This document shows positions 9,491 to 18,957 of a stretch of 64,000 bases of DNA, one piece after another. A model generated the notes under the pieces. That model made no database searches. It had not been told where the DNA came from and saw only the letters and a list, made by a program, of their open reading frames with translations. Source of the stretch: Treponema sp. (GTDB taxonomy: Bacteria; Spirochaetota; Spirochaetia; Treponematales; Treponemataceae). The stretch is from contig JAEDJS010000003.1 in the NCBI GenBank assembly GCA_016296205.1, positions 713 to 64,712 of the forward strand. Direction: 5' to 3'. The first letter of the stretch is position 1, and the number at the start of each line of letters is the position of its first letter. Made by a program: the position numbers and the translations under genes.

Positions 9491-10873
9491 ATGATAGCTC
9501 CCTTTGATGAAGACGAAGCATACCAGATTTGCCAGAAAGTAATTTCACTTCTTGATAGAAAAGTGCTGGTGCTTAAACACACTGGAAAAATCAGTGAAGA
9601 ACGGCAGAATATTGGCATTATGATAGGTGCCATGGTTGCAGTTGATTCAAAGGGAACTAAATTTAATTTTGTTGCGGTAAGTGGAACAGCCCGGGAACTT
9701 GCAGTAAATTTGCCGGTAAGCCCGGAATTAAGGAATTTACAGAATTTAATTATTGTTCCGCCGGTAGTTCAAAATTATGCAATTCAAAAAGCATTGGAAA
9801 AAAATGACGATGCAGTTCACAAAATGACTGCTCAGATTGAGGCTCTGGAAAAACAAATCTCCGGGGCGGATAACCAGTTGCAAATTCAACTTAAAAATCA
9901 AATTAAAGAAATCGAATCAAATCGCACTGCCCTCACAACCGAAAGTTTTTACAAAGTACTGGAACTGTATAACTTCAACTGTTTTGACGGCTCTGTAAAA
10001 AATATTCTGGAAATTACTAAAGGTCAGCTTACTCCGGGGGGCACTGGAGAATGTTGCGCACCAAAATTACTTGATTACTGTTTTAAATCAAAATATCGTC
10101 CTGTTAGCATGTGTGAAGTTTATTACGGAAATCCAAGTGAACATAAAATTCCCGGTCAGAAATATCCTCCATGTGATGAACGTTGCGGAATAATTTTGCC
10201 ATCAATGCTGGGACTGGAAATTCTTTACCGCGACAAAGACATTATTGTTGTTAATAAACAGAGTGGTGTGCTGAGTGTTCCAGGCCGTGAAGAAAAAGAC
10301 TGCATCGTAAACAGAGTTAGAAATCTCTTCCCTGATTGCATTGAACAGCCAAGTGTTCACCGGTTGGATATGGAAACAAGTGGTCTGCTTGTTCTTGCAT
10401 TTAATAAAGAAGCCCACAGAAATTTAAGCATGCAGTTTGAGGCAGGCACTGTTTCTAAAAAATATGAAGCATTGATTGATGGTATTCTTCCAAAAATGGG
10501 AATTCCAACTGATGGTCAGAGCACACTTTATTTCCGCCTTGATCCTGATAATCGCCCTCATCAGATTTGGGATGAAGTTTATGGAAAAAAAGCAATTACC
10601 AGCTGGCATATAGAAAAAGTTGAAGATTACACTGCGCCAGATAAAACAAAACGACCAGTTACAAGAATCACATTTGAACCTGTTACTGGCAGAACTCATC
10701 AATTGCGTCTTGCTTCCAGCGATTCCCACGGTTTTGGGTGCCCCATTATTGGAGATACTCTTTACGGCACTTGCGCAGAAGGTGAACGTCTGATGCTTCA
10801 TGCAAAATATTTAAGTTTTAAACATCCGGTTAGCGGGCAGCAAATGGAATTTAATTGTCCGGCTCCATTTTAA
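9491..10873 (+). CDS. RluA-family pseudouridine synthase with long N-terminal Cys-rich extension
   Basis: VNKQSGVLSVPG, HRLDMETSG, TGRTHQLR, IIGDTLYG, LMLHA motifs. Confidence 0.9.
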   Translation: MIAPFDEDEAYQICQKVISLLDRKVLVLKHTGKISEERQNIGIMIGAMVAVDSKGTKFNFVAVSGTARELAVNLPVSPELRNLQNLIIVPPVVQNYAIQKALEKNDDAVHKMTAQIEALEKQISGADNQLQIQLKNQIKEIESNRTALTTESFYKVLELYNFNCFDGSVKNILEITKGQLTPGGTGECCAPKLLDYCFKSKYRPVSMCEVYYGNPSEHKIPGQKYPPCDERCGIILPSMLGLEILYRDKDIIVVNKQSGVLSVPGREEKDCIVNRVRNLFPDCIEQPSVHRLDMETSGLLVLAFNKEAHRNLSMQFEAGTVSKKYEALIDGILPKMGIPTDGQSTLYFRLDPDNRPHQIWDEVYGKKAITSWHIEKVEDYTAPDKTKRPVTRITFEPVTGRTHQLRLASSDSHGFGCPIIGDTLYGTCAEGERLMLHAKYLSFKHPVSGQQMEFNCPAPF

Positions 10874-10944
10874 AAAAAATTTGCCAAAGAATCCAAATAA
10901 GGTTTATAATTTATAGTTGAATTAAAATTTCGGAGGATTTTTAA

Positions 10945-12444
10945 ATGATTGGTACATTCTGGTCTCTGGTGCCTGCAATTCTTGCAATTTCTCTGGCACT
11001 TATTTCAAAAGAAGTTTATTCTTCACTGTTTGCTGGAATAATTTTGGGCGGTGCTTTCTGGGCAATTTCTATGAAAGCAGGTTTTAGTGGATTTATTGAT
11101 CACGTTTTTGCAGACGGATTAATTGCTAATGTTGCAGACTCTTACAACATTGGTATCCTGATTTTCCTTGTAGTACTTGGAACAATGGTTGCCCTTATGA
11201 ACAAAGCCGGTGGTTCAGCAGCATTTGGTAACTGGGCAAAAAAGCATATTAAATCAAAAGTTGGTGCTCAGATTTCTACAATTATTCTTGGTATTCTTAT
11301 TTTTATTGACGACTATTTTAACTGTCTTACTGTTGGTAGCGTTATGCGTCCTGTTACAGATAAACATAAAGTTAGCCGTGAAAAGCTTGCATACTTAATC
11401 GATTCAACTGCAGCTCCAATTTGTATTATTGCTCCAATCAGTTCATGGGCAGCCGCAGTAAGTGGATTCGTTGCAGAAGGAGAAAACGGTCTTGCTCTTT
11501 TCTGTAAGGCGATTCCATACAATTTCTATGCACTTCTTACTATTGTAATGATGTTCACTCTTGTTTTAGGTAAAGTTGATTTTGCCGGAATGAGTAAATA
11601 TGAAAAAGCAGTTCAAATGATGGATGAAAAAGCAGAAGAACTTGAACAGGCAGAAACAAAAGGAAAAGTAATTGATCTTATTCTTCCAATCATAGTTCTT
11701 ATTGCATTCTGTACTTTGGGTATGATTTACAGCGGTGGATTCTTTACAGAAGGTGAAACTCAGTGGAATTTTATTGATGCATTTGCAAATAGTGATGCCA
11801 GTGTTGGTCTTGTAATTGGTTCCTTTGCTGCTTTGATTATTACATTTGTTTTCTATATTGGAAGAAAAGTTCTTAGCTTTAAGGATTGTCTTGATTGTCT
11901 TCCAGAAGGATTTAAAGCAATGGTTCCGGCAATTCTTATTCTTTGTCTTGCCTGGACACTTAAAGGAATGACAGATAGTCTTGAAGCAAAACAGTATGTT
12001 GCAGGACTTATTAGTAATGCTCAGGGGCTCAAGAGTTTCCTGCCTGCAATTATTTTTGTTATTGCCTGTGGTCTTGCTTTTGCAACAGGAACAAGCTGGG
12101 GAACATTTGGTATTCTTATTCCAATTTGTATTGCTGCCTTCCCGGAAGTAAATGATCCAATCCGCATTATTTCTATTAGCGCATGTATGGCCGGTGCTGT
12201 TTGTGGCGACCATTGTTCACCAATCAGTGATACAACAATTATGGCAAGTGCTGGTGCAGAATGTAATCACGTAAATCACGTAAGTACTCAGCTTCCGTAT
12301 GCATTGATTGTTGCTGCCATCAGTTTTGTCTGCTATTTACTGGCAGGCTTTATCCGCAATCCGATTATTCCACTGGTGTTTGGCATTGCCGCAGTTATTG
12401 GTATGCTTTATTTATTTAAATTTATTCAGAATAAAGAAAAATAA
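10945..12444 (+). CDS. Na+/H+ antiporter NhaC-family transporter
   Basis: IFIDDYFN, DSTAAP, FATGTSWGT, GDHCSPISDT motifs; GGAGG SD. Confidence 0.88.
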   Translation: MIGTFWSLVPAILAISLALISKEVYSSLFAGIILGGAFWAISMKAGFSGFIDHVFADGLIANVADSYNIGILIFLVVLGTMVALMNKAGGSAAFGNWAKKHIKSKVGAQISTIILGILIFIDDYFNCLTVGSVMRPVTDKHKVSREKLAYLIDSTAAPICIIAPISSWAAAVSGFVAEGENGLALFCKAIPYNFYALLTIVMMFTLVLGKVDFAGMSKYEKAVQMMDEKAEELEQAETKGKVIDLILPIIVLIAFCTLGMIYSGGFFTEGETQWNFIDAFANSDASVGLVIGSFAALIITFVFYIGRKVLSFKDCLDCLPEGFKAMVPAILILCLAWTLKGMTDSLEAKQYVAGLISNAQGLKSFLPAIIFVIACGLAFATGTSWGTFGILIPICIAAFPEVNDPIRIISISACMAGAVCGDHCSPISDTTIMASAGAECNHVNHVSTQLPYALIVAAISFVCYLLAGFIRNPIIPLVFGIAAVIGMLYLFKFIQNKEK

Positions 12445-12445
12445 A

Positions 12446-12695
12446 GAGCAAAGAGATTCCGGGTCGCCGCCCGGAATGACAGTTACGTGGCCCGGAATGA
12501 CATGTGTGGGTAATGAGCAGAGAGATTCCGGGTCGTGGCCCGGAATGACAGTTACGTGGCCCGGAATGACATGTGTTTTGGGAGGTTGTCATCCTGAGCT
12601 TGACTCAGGATCTCTTTCATTTGAATGACAGTTACGTCGCCCGGAATGACATGTGTTTTGGGAGGGCTGTCATCCTGAGCTTGACTCAGGATCTC
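12446..12695. repeat. REP-like palindrome cluster 2 (4 full copies plus half copies)
   Basis: GAGATTCCGGGTCG..GCCCGGAATGAC x2, TGTCATCCTGAGCTTGACTCAGGATCTC x2, AGTTACGT(G/C)GCCCGGAATGAC half units x3. Confidence 0.9.
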
Positions 12696-12786
12696 TTTTT
12701 AAATAGAAAATTCAACTTTTTACTTAAATTCTACTAAAATTCACTTTAAGAATACTAAAAAATCTTTAAAAATACTAAATTTTTTG

Positions 12787-12815
12787 TTGCAATAAAGAAA
12801 AAAATTCTCTATAAT
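12787..12815 (+). promoter_or_regulatory. Sigma70 promoter, apparently leaderless transcript
   Basis: TTGCAA-17-TATAAT, ATG 6 nt downstream, no SD. Confidence 0.75.
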
Positions 12816-12821
12816 AAAATT

Positions 12822-14465
12822 ATGATAGAGAAGACATTAAATCAGGTATTACACGAAAAAACAGAAGAAAATCCAGAGCATGAATTTATGATTTATGCAG
12901 ACCGTGATTTGCGCTTTACTTACAGAGAATTCAATAACCGGGTAGACAATTTGGCTTGTGGTTTATATTCACTTGGTGTTCGTAAGGGAGATAAAGTTGG
13001 TATTTGGGCAACAAATGTTCCAGACTGGCTTACTTATATGTTTGCCTGTGCACGTCTTGGAGCAATTGCAGTTACTGTAAACACAAGTTATAAGCTTCAC
13101 GAGCTTGAATATCTTGTTGACCAGGCAGACCTTTCTACACTTTGTTTGAGCAACGGTGTTAAAGATTCTGACTATGTTCAGATGATTAAAGAGCTTGTTC
13201 CAGAATTGGATACTTATGAACGTGGTTGTCTTAAGAGCAAACGTTTTCCTTTCCTTAAAAATGTTGTATTTATGGGACCAGAAAAATTCCGTGGGCTTTA
13301 TTCAACTCCAGAACTTCTTCTTTTGGGTCAGCATGTTGATATCAATATTATCCGTAAAATCGAAAGTGAAATTGATCCAGAAGATGTTGTAAACATGCAG
13401 TACACATCAGGAACAACAGGTTTCCCAAAAGGTGTTATGCTTACAAGCCGTAATATTCTTAACGATGGATTTATTATTGGTGAACGTATGCGCTATACAA
13501 GTGCAGATAAAGTTTGTCTGCCAGTTCCATTGTTCCACTGTTTTGGTATTGTTCTTGGTGTTATGGCAGTTCTTACTCACGGAGCAACTCATGTTCTACT
13601 TGAAAGCTTTGATCCACTTGTTGCATTGGCTTCAATTCACAAAGAAAAATGTACAGCAATTTATGGTGTTCCAACAATGTTCATTGCAGAGTTGAACCAC
13701 CCGATGTTTGATATGTTCGATAAGTCTTCACTCAGAACTGGTATTATGGCCGGAGCAGGTGTTCCAGTTGAATTGATGAAAACAGTTATCGAAAAAATGC
13801 ACATGCCTGAAATCACTTCTGTTTACGGACTTACAGAAACTTCACCAGGTATGACTCAGAGCCACTGGAATGATACGGCAGAAGTTAAAGCTACAACTGT
13901 TGGTGATGCTTTTGAAGGAATCGAAGTTAAAGTTCTTGATCCAGAAACTCACGAAGAATGCCCGGTTGGTGTTCAGGGTGAAATGTGTTGCCGTGGCTGG
14001 AACGTTATGAAAGGTTACTACAAAATGCCAGAAGCAACTGCAGAAGTAATCGACAAAAACGGATTCCTCCACTCAGGAGACCTTGGTGTTCTTGGAGAAG
14101 ACGGTAACTTTAGAATTACTGGTCGCATTAAAGATATGATTATTCGTGGTGGTGAAAATATTTATCCTCGCGAAATTGAAGAATTCCTTATTCAGATTCC
14201 ACAGATTAAGGATATTCAGGTAGCCGCTGTTAAAGATAAGAAGTATGGCGAAATTACTGGTGCATTTATTATTCTGCATGAAGGTCAGACTCTTACAGAA
14301 CAGGACGTAATTGAATTCTGCCGCGGAAAGATTTCAAAATATAAGTGGCCTCAGCTTGTTATGTTTGTTGATTCTTTCCCACTTACAGGATCAGGAAAAA
14401 TTCAGAAATTCAAGCTTACAGAACTTGGAACAAAATATCGTAAAGAAGTTCTTGGTTTGGAATAA
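12822..14465 (+). CDS. AMP-binding acyl-CoA synthetase (fatty-acid-CoA ligase type)
   Basis: [56 protein letters not shown]. Confidence 0.92.
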   Translation: MIEKTLNQVLHEKTEENPEHEFMIYADRDLRFTYREFNNRVDNLACGLYSLGVRKGDKVGIWATNVPDWLTYMFACARLGAIAVTVNTSYKLHELEYLVDQADLSTLCLSNGVKDSDYVQMIKELVPELDTYERGCLKSKRFPFLKNVVFMGPEKFRGLYSTPELLLLGQHVDINIIRKIESEIDPEDVVNMQYTSGTTGFPKGVMLTSRNILNDGFIIGERMRYTSADKVCLPVPLFHCFGIVLGVMAVLTHGATHVLLESFDPLVALASIHKEKCTAIYGVPTMFIAELNHPMFDMFDKSSLRTGIMAGAGVPVELMKTVIEKMHMPEITSVYGLTETSPGMTQSHWNDTAEVKATTVGDAFEGIEVKVLDPETHEECPVGVQGEMCCRGWNVMKGYYKMPEATAEVIDKNGFLHSGDLGVLGEDGNFRITGRIKDMIIRGGENIYPREIEEFLIQIPQIKDIQVAAVKDKKYGEITGAFIILHEGQTLTEQDVIEFCRGKISKYKWPQLVMFVDSFPLTGSGKIQKFKLTELGTKYRKEVLGLE

Positions 14466-14493
14466 AATAAATAATTAAAATGGAGGATTTACT

Positions 14494-15042
14494 ATGAACC
14501 AGGAAATTGTTGCAGTAGCAGATCGCCTTAAGGGCTTACGGGAAGTAATGGAAATTTCACTTGAAGAAGCAGCAGCAACATGCGGAATTGCAAGGGAACA
14601 ATATGAAATTTATGAAAGTGGAACTGTAGATATTCCTGTTGGAATTCTCCAGTGTATGGCCAAGAAATATAATGTTGATTTAACTGTTCTCATCAGCGGA
14701 AGTGAACCACACATGAAGTCTTACTTCCTTACAAAAAAAGGAAAGGGAATTAGTGTAGACCGCCGCAGTGATTATAAGTATCAGTCATTGGCATGGGGTT
14801 TTGCAAACAGACGTGCAGATCCTTTTATGGTAACAGTAACACCTGAGGAAACAAAGGAAATTCATTTCAATAGTCATCCTGGGCATGAGTTCAACTATGT
14901 TATTGAAGGAAAACTCAAGATTGTTGTTGACGGAAAAGAAATGATCCTGGAATCAGGGGATTGTTTGTATTTTGATGCAACTAAAAAACATGGAATGCAG
15001 GCAATTGATAACCCTGCAAAATTCCTTGCAATCATTTTTTAA
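14494..15042 (+). CDS. XRE-family HTH plus cupin regulator (paralog of 7125..7691)
   Basis: RLKGLR, YESGTVDIP, HPGHEFNY; GGAGG SD. Confidence 0.9.
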   Translation: MNQEIVAVADRLKGLREVMEISLEEAAATCGIAREQYEIYESGTVDIPVGILQCMAKKYNVDLTVLISGSEPHMKSYFLTKKGKGISVDRRSDYKYQSLAWGFANRRADPFMVTVTPEETKEIHFNSHPGHEFNYVIEGKLKIVVDGKEMILESGDCLYFDATKKHGMQAIDNPAKFLAIIF

Positions 15043-15073
15043 AAATTAAATAAATCAACATAAGGAACCTAAA

Positions 15074-16765
15074 ATGGAAGAAGTATTTCTACCTAGAGTA
15101 GATTTTGAAAACTACGAAGATTTTTATAAGAATTACAAAGTTAATGTCCCGGAAAATTTTAACTTTGCTTACGATGTAATGGATGTTCTTGCTGCAAAAC
15201 GTGGCAATGACAGAGCACTTGTATGGACAAACGATGAAGGCGTTACAAAAGAATTCACTTATGCCGAAATTAAAGAACGCACAAACAAAGCTGCACAGTT
15301 CTTTAAAAATGTGGGCATTGGTAAGGGCGATATGGTTATGCTCATTCTTCAGCGCCGTTATGAATTCTGGATTAGTATTCTTGCTCTCCACAAATTGGGT
15401 GCATCTGTTATTCCTGCAACTCACATGCTTACAAAAGAAGATATCGTTTTCAGAAATAATGCTGCAGATATTAAAGCAGTTATCGCAGTAAACGATGGTG
15501 ACATTCTTAAACATATTGATGAAAGTATTCCGGAAAGTCCAAGTCTTAAGATTCGTATTGCTGCAAATGCACATGGTTTGGATCAGGAAAATGAATCTCT
15601 TCCAGAAGGTTGGCTTGATTTTACAAAAGGTTCTAGAGAAGCCGCTGAACTTCCAACACCAACTGCAGAGGAAAGAAAAAAAATCAACAAAAACGATGAC
15701 ATCATGCTTTCTTACTTTACAAGTGGTACAACAAGCCATCCAAAACTTGTTGCTCACGACTTTACATATCCCCTTGGCCATATTCCAACAGCTAAATATT
15801 GGCAGCAGGTTCAGAATGGTGGTTTGCATTTAACAGTTGCAGATACTGGTTGGGGAAAAGCTGTTTGGGGAAAACTTTACGGTCAGTGGATTTGTGAATG
15901 TGCAGTTTTTGTTTATGACTATCACGCACGTTTTAAGCCAATCGACTTGATGCAGAAAATTCAGGATTTTGGTATTACTTCTTTCTGTGCACCACCAACA
16001 ATTTACCGTTTCCTTATCCAGGAAGATTTGAGCAAATTTAACCTTTCTAGTCTTAAACACTGTTCAACAGCCGGTGAAGCTTTGAGCGAAGAAGTTTTCA
16101 ACAAATGGCTTCAGATTACTGGACTTGAACTCCGGGAAGGTTTTGGTCAGACAGAAACAACACTTTCTTTGTTCAACTTTATGAATGAAAAAGTAAAACC
16201 TGGTTCAATTGGAAAACCATCACCATATTACAATGCCGTTTTGTTAAACGAAGATTTGACTCCTTGTGAAGATGGTGAAGTTGGAGAAATTGCATTCCCT
16301 CTTAAAGATGGAAAATTCCCAGGATTGTTCCTTGATTACTTTAGAGACCCAGAAAAGAAAAAGGAAGTTATCCACGACGGTTATTACTTTACAGGTGATA
16401 CAGCATGGCGTGATGAAGATGGATTCTTCTGGTTTACTGGCCGCAGTGATGACGTTATTAAATGTTCAGGTTATCGTATTGGTACTTTTGAAGTTGAAAG
16501 CGTTTTGATGCAGCACCCAAGTGTTGTTGAATGTGCTGTTACTGCTGCTCCTGATCCAATTCGTGGACAGGTTGTAAAAGCAACAATCGTTCTTGCAAAG
16601 GGATTCACTCCAAGTGATGAACTTGTAAAAGACATTCAGGTATTTGTAAAGAAAACAACAGCTCCTTACAAATATCCAAGAATTGTTGAATTCGTGGACG
16701 AATTGCCAAAAACAATCAGTGGTAAAATCAAACGCCGGGATATTCGTCAGAAGGACAACAAATAG
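15074..16765 (+). CDS. AMP-forming acyl-CoA synthetase (paralog of 7732..9480)
   Basis: YFTSGTTSHPK, GFGQTET, LPKTISGK; long blocks of identity with 7732..9480. Confidence 0.9.
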   Translation: MEEVFLPRVDFENYEDFYKNYKVNVPENFNFAYDVMDVLAAKRGNDRALVWTNDEGVTKEFTYAEIKERTNKAAQFFKNVGIGKGDMVMLILQRRYEFWISILALHKLGASVIPATHMLTKEDIVFRNNAADIKAVIAVNDGDILKHIDESIPESPSLKIRIAANAHGLDQENESLPEGWLDFTKGSREAAELPTPTAEERKKINKNDDIMLSYFTSGTTSHPKLVAHDFTYPLGHIPTAKYWQQVQNGGLHLTVADTGWGKAVWGKLYGQWICECAVFVYDYHARFKPIDLMQKIQDFGITSFCAPPTIYRFLIQEDLSKFNLSSLKHCSTAGEALSEEVFNKWLQITGLELREGFGQTETTLSLFNFMNEKVKPGSIGKPSPYYNAVLLNEDLTPCEDGEVGEIAFPLKDGKFPGLFLDYFRDPEKKKEVIHDGYYFTGDTAWRDEDGFFWFTGRSDDVIKCSGYRIGTFEVESVLMQHPSVVECAVTAAPDPIRGQVVKATIVLAKGFTPSDELVKDIQVFVKKTTAPYKYPRIVEFVDELPKTISGKIKRRDIRQKDNK

Positions 16766-16862
16766 GTATTCCATTGGCCGTTGTTGTGGGCGGCTTCAAA
16801 AGTTGGTCACGTGCAAAATTGTTCGCCTCGCACACAAAAGTTTGACACGCAAACAATAGTTG

Positions 16863-17300
16863 GTCATGCTGAACTTGTTTCAGCATCTCCTACTGGTTGG
16901 TGGGTGAGAGATCCTGAATCCAGTTCAGGATGACAGTTAATTGTTCGGGATGACAGTTGTTGGTTTGTGCTGGCATTTATTGGTTCGGGGGGACGGGCCA
17001 TTGGTTTGTGAGGGCATAATTGTGTCATTCCGGACCTGATCCGGAATCTCTTTGCAAGAGAGATCCTGAATCCAGTTCAGGATGACAGTTATTGGTTCGG
17101 GATGACAGTTATTTGTTCGTGGTGACGGACCATTGGTTTGTGAGGGCATAATTGTGTCATTCCGGACCTGATCCGGAATCTCTTTGCAAGAGAGATCCTG
17201 AAACTAGTTCAGGATGACGGAGAGGAGAGAGATCCTGAAACTAGTTCGGGATGACAGTTCTTGGTTTGTGCTGGCATTTATTGGTTTGGGTGGCAATTAA
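16863..17300. repeat. REP-like palindrome cluster 3 (7 full copies, 132-bp-period direct repeat, degenerate 20-nt array)
   Basis: Multiple GTC-ATNNNGAA/TTCNNNAT-CTC hairpins in both orientations between convergent genes. Confidence 0.9.
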
Positions 17301-17358
17301 TTGTCGTGTTGGCTGTGGTGCAGAATTGGTTCTGCAAACGTACCAATTAGTGATTTTA

Positions 17359-18798
17359 TTACCACTTGGCAATCTGGTGGTCCATCCAGACAATTCTAGT
17401 CCATAGCCAGTCTTTAAGCATGCGAATTTCGGAATCGTAGGTGTAGCGGTCCTGGTAACCTTTTGCAGCAGGCCATACATATTTTCCAAAAATTGGCCAT
17501 CTTACAAAGTTTTGTTTAAAATCATCTTTGTAGGCAGTTTGATATCGTGGAATAAATTCAGTAACAAGTTTTTTTACTTCCGGAACTTTTTCCTGCCAGC
17601 GTTCTTTTACTCTTGAAACAAATTTTGAATCCTGGAAAAGTCTTACAAAATACCTTGCACGGTTTTTAATATAGAAATCCTGTGGAACACCGCAATCAGT
17701 TTCGCCGTCGTTTCCAAAACCAATGTCAAAGTCCCAGAGTGGTCCCATGTGAATCAACTTATCGGCATTATCAAAATAACAGTAGCAGCTGCTAAAGAAT
17801 TTTGCGTCACGATTTTTAGAAATTTCGTTAATAAAATACCAGTCGATAAAAGAATCAACATCAATATAATTCCCGTAATAATTGGCACTTGAAGCAACGT
17901 TAAAATCCGGAGAATAAAGTGCTTCTTCAAATTGGAGAATATAGTCGTGAATTTTCTGTTGCAGTTCCGGTTTAATCTGAGAGGCGTGGGGTGTATTCAA
18001 ACTGACTGTAACACCCTTTGGAGTTATAAAGTTGAATTCTTCGTCTTCCCGGTAGTTGAATTCAAGAATGTAGCCAAAGTGTTCAAATTGTTTTTCATTT
18101 TTGCAGTCTTTAAGATTTGCAATATTTACACGGTTTGGTTCAATTGTGATTTTTTCAAGAAGAAGGTAAACTCCCTGATACTTTTCGTTGAAATAAACAT
18201 GGCATTGACGGCAATTCTGGGACCATTTAAAAGAATTAAAAATATTGCGCCCCATGTAATATGCCATTGAATTTCGCAGAAGTGTTTTGTCTGTGTAGTT
18301 GGCAATAAGAGCAAATTCTTTAGATTCTCCCATTCCCAGCAAGTTGAATTTTTGACAGAGTTCAAGATTAAAAGATTTTTTTGGCTGATTCCAACTGGTG
18401 TTTCCACGTCCCTTAATTAAAATTGGTAAATTTTCAAAACTTTGGGCAGCGCTTTTAACGGAAATAAAGCCTTCAACTTTGGACAGTTTATAATCGGTAA
18501 GTTCAACATCCTGGTTTATATTAATGGTAATAATAGGCATTGTCTGTAAAGTTTCATCATCATTCAGAGTGGCAAGCAAATCATTGTTCTGCTGCAAGTT
18601 GATTTGAAGTTTGGATTTTTTTTGATTACTTTTCTTAACTGATATAGGTTTTTCAACTTTTTGGTCAGTTTTTTCTGACGTATCTGGATTTTGGTTTGGT
18701 ATATATTCGTGAATAAAAATTAATGCAAAAGAAGCAATACAAATTAATGCCAGAACTGATGATGTTTTTAAAACACTGATACTAAAATTTCGGTTCAT
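17359..18798 (-). CDS. CotH kinase family protein, N-terminally membrane anchored
   Basis: KGRGNTSW, DKTLLRN, YQGVY, GPLWDFDIGFGN. Start moved to ATG 18798 because TTGAAG-17-TAAAAT lies just upstream; the track's TTG start falls in the -35 box. Confidence 0.85.
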   Translation of the reverse strand: MNRNFSISVLKTSSVLALICIASFALIFIHEYIPNQNPDTSEKTDQKVEKPISVKKSNQKKSKLQINLQQNNDLLATLNDDETLQTMPIITININQDVELTDYKLSKVEGFISVKSAAQSFENLPILIKGRGNTSWNQPKKSFNLELCQKFNLLGMGESKEFALIANYTDKTLLRNSMAYYMGRNIFNSFKWSQNCRQCHVYFNEKYQGVYLLLEKITIEPNRVNIANLKDCKNEKQFEHFGYILEFNYREDEEFNFITPKGVTVSLNTPHASQIKPELQQKIHDYILQFEEALYSPDFNVASSANYYGNYIDVDSFIDWYFINEISKNRDAKFFSSCYCYFDNADKLIHMGPLWDFDIGFGNDGETDCGVPQDFYIKNRARYFVRLFQDSKFVSRVKERWQEKVPEVKKLVTEFIPRYQTAYKDDFKQNFVRWPIFGKYVWPAAKGYQDRYTYDSEIRMLKDWLWTRIVWMDHQIAKW

Positions 18799-18957
18799 AC
18801 TAAATATTTTATAAGAAATCATGGTTTTCTTCAATAATAAAATTAGCTAAGGTAACAGTTGCCACAGCTCAGAATATATAATAAAGGTGTAAGAAAAACA
18901 AAAAAAATAATTTAGGTTTTTGCCGGTGGTAAAATTTATCAATTAAGGGAGAATTGT

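Noticed and set aside
12308..12628. Short ORFs over REP clusters (12308..12628, 16937..17149, 17241..17489, 45889..46083, 45933..46130, 46141..46416)
   Set aside because: They are translations of repeat DNA or of antisense gene ends, with no RBS and no protein-like features.
15089..15829. Long antisense ORFs (15089..15829, 11566..12213, 43501..44058, 9127..9633)
   Set aside because: They lie opposite well-supported genes and reflect codon bias, with no recognisable motifs.
16863..17300. CRISPR array interpretation of the palindromic repeat clusters (also 5150, 12446, 45976)
   Set aside because: Repeats alternate in orientation, vary in sequence, and their spacers are themselves repeated and irregular; no cas genes in the window.
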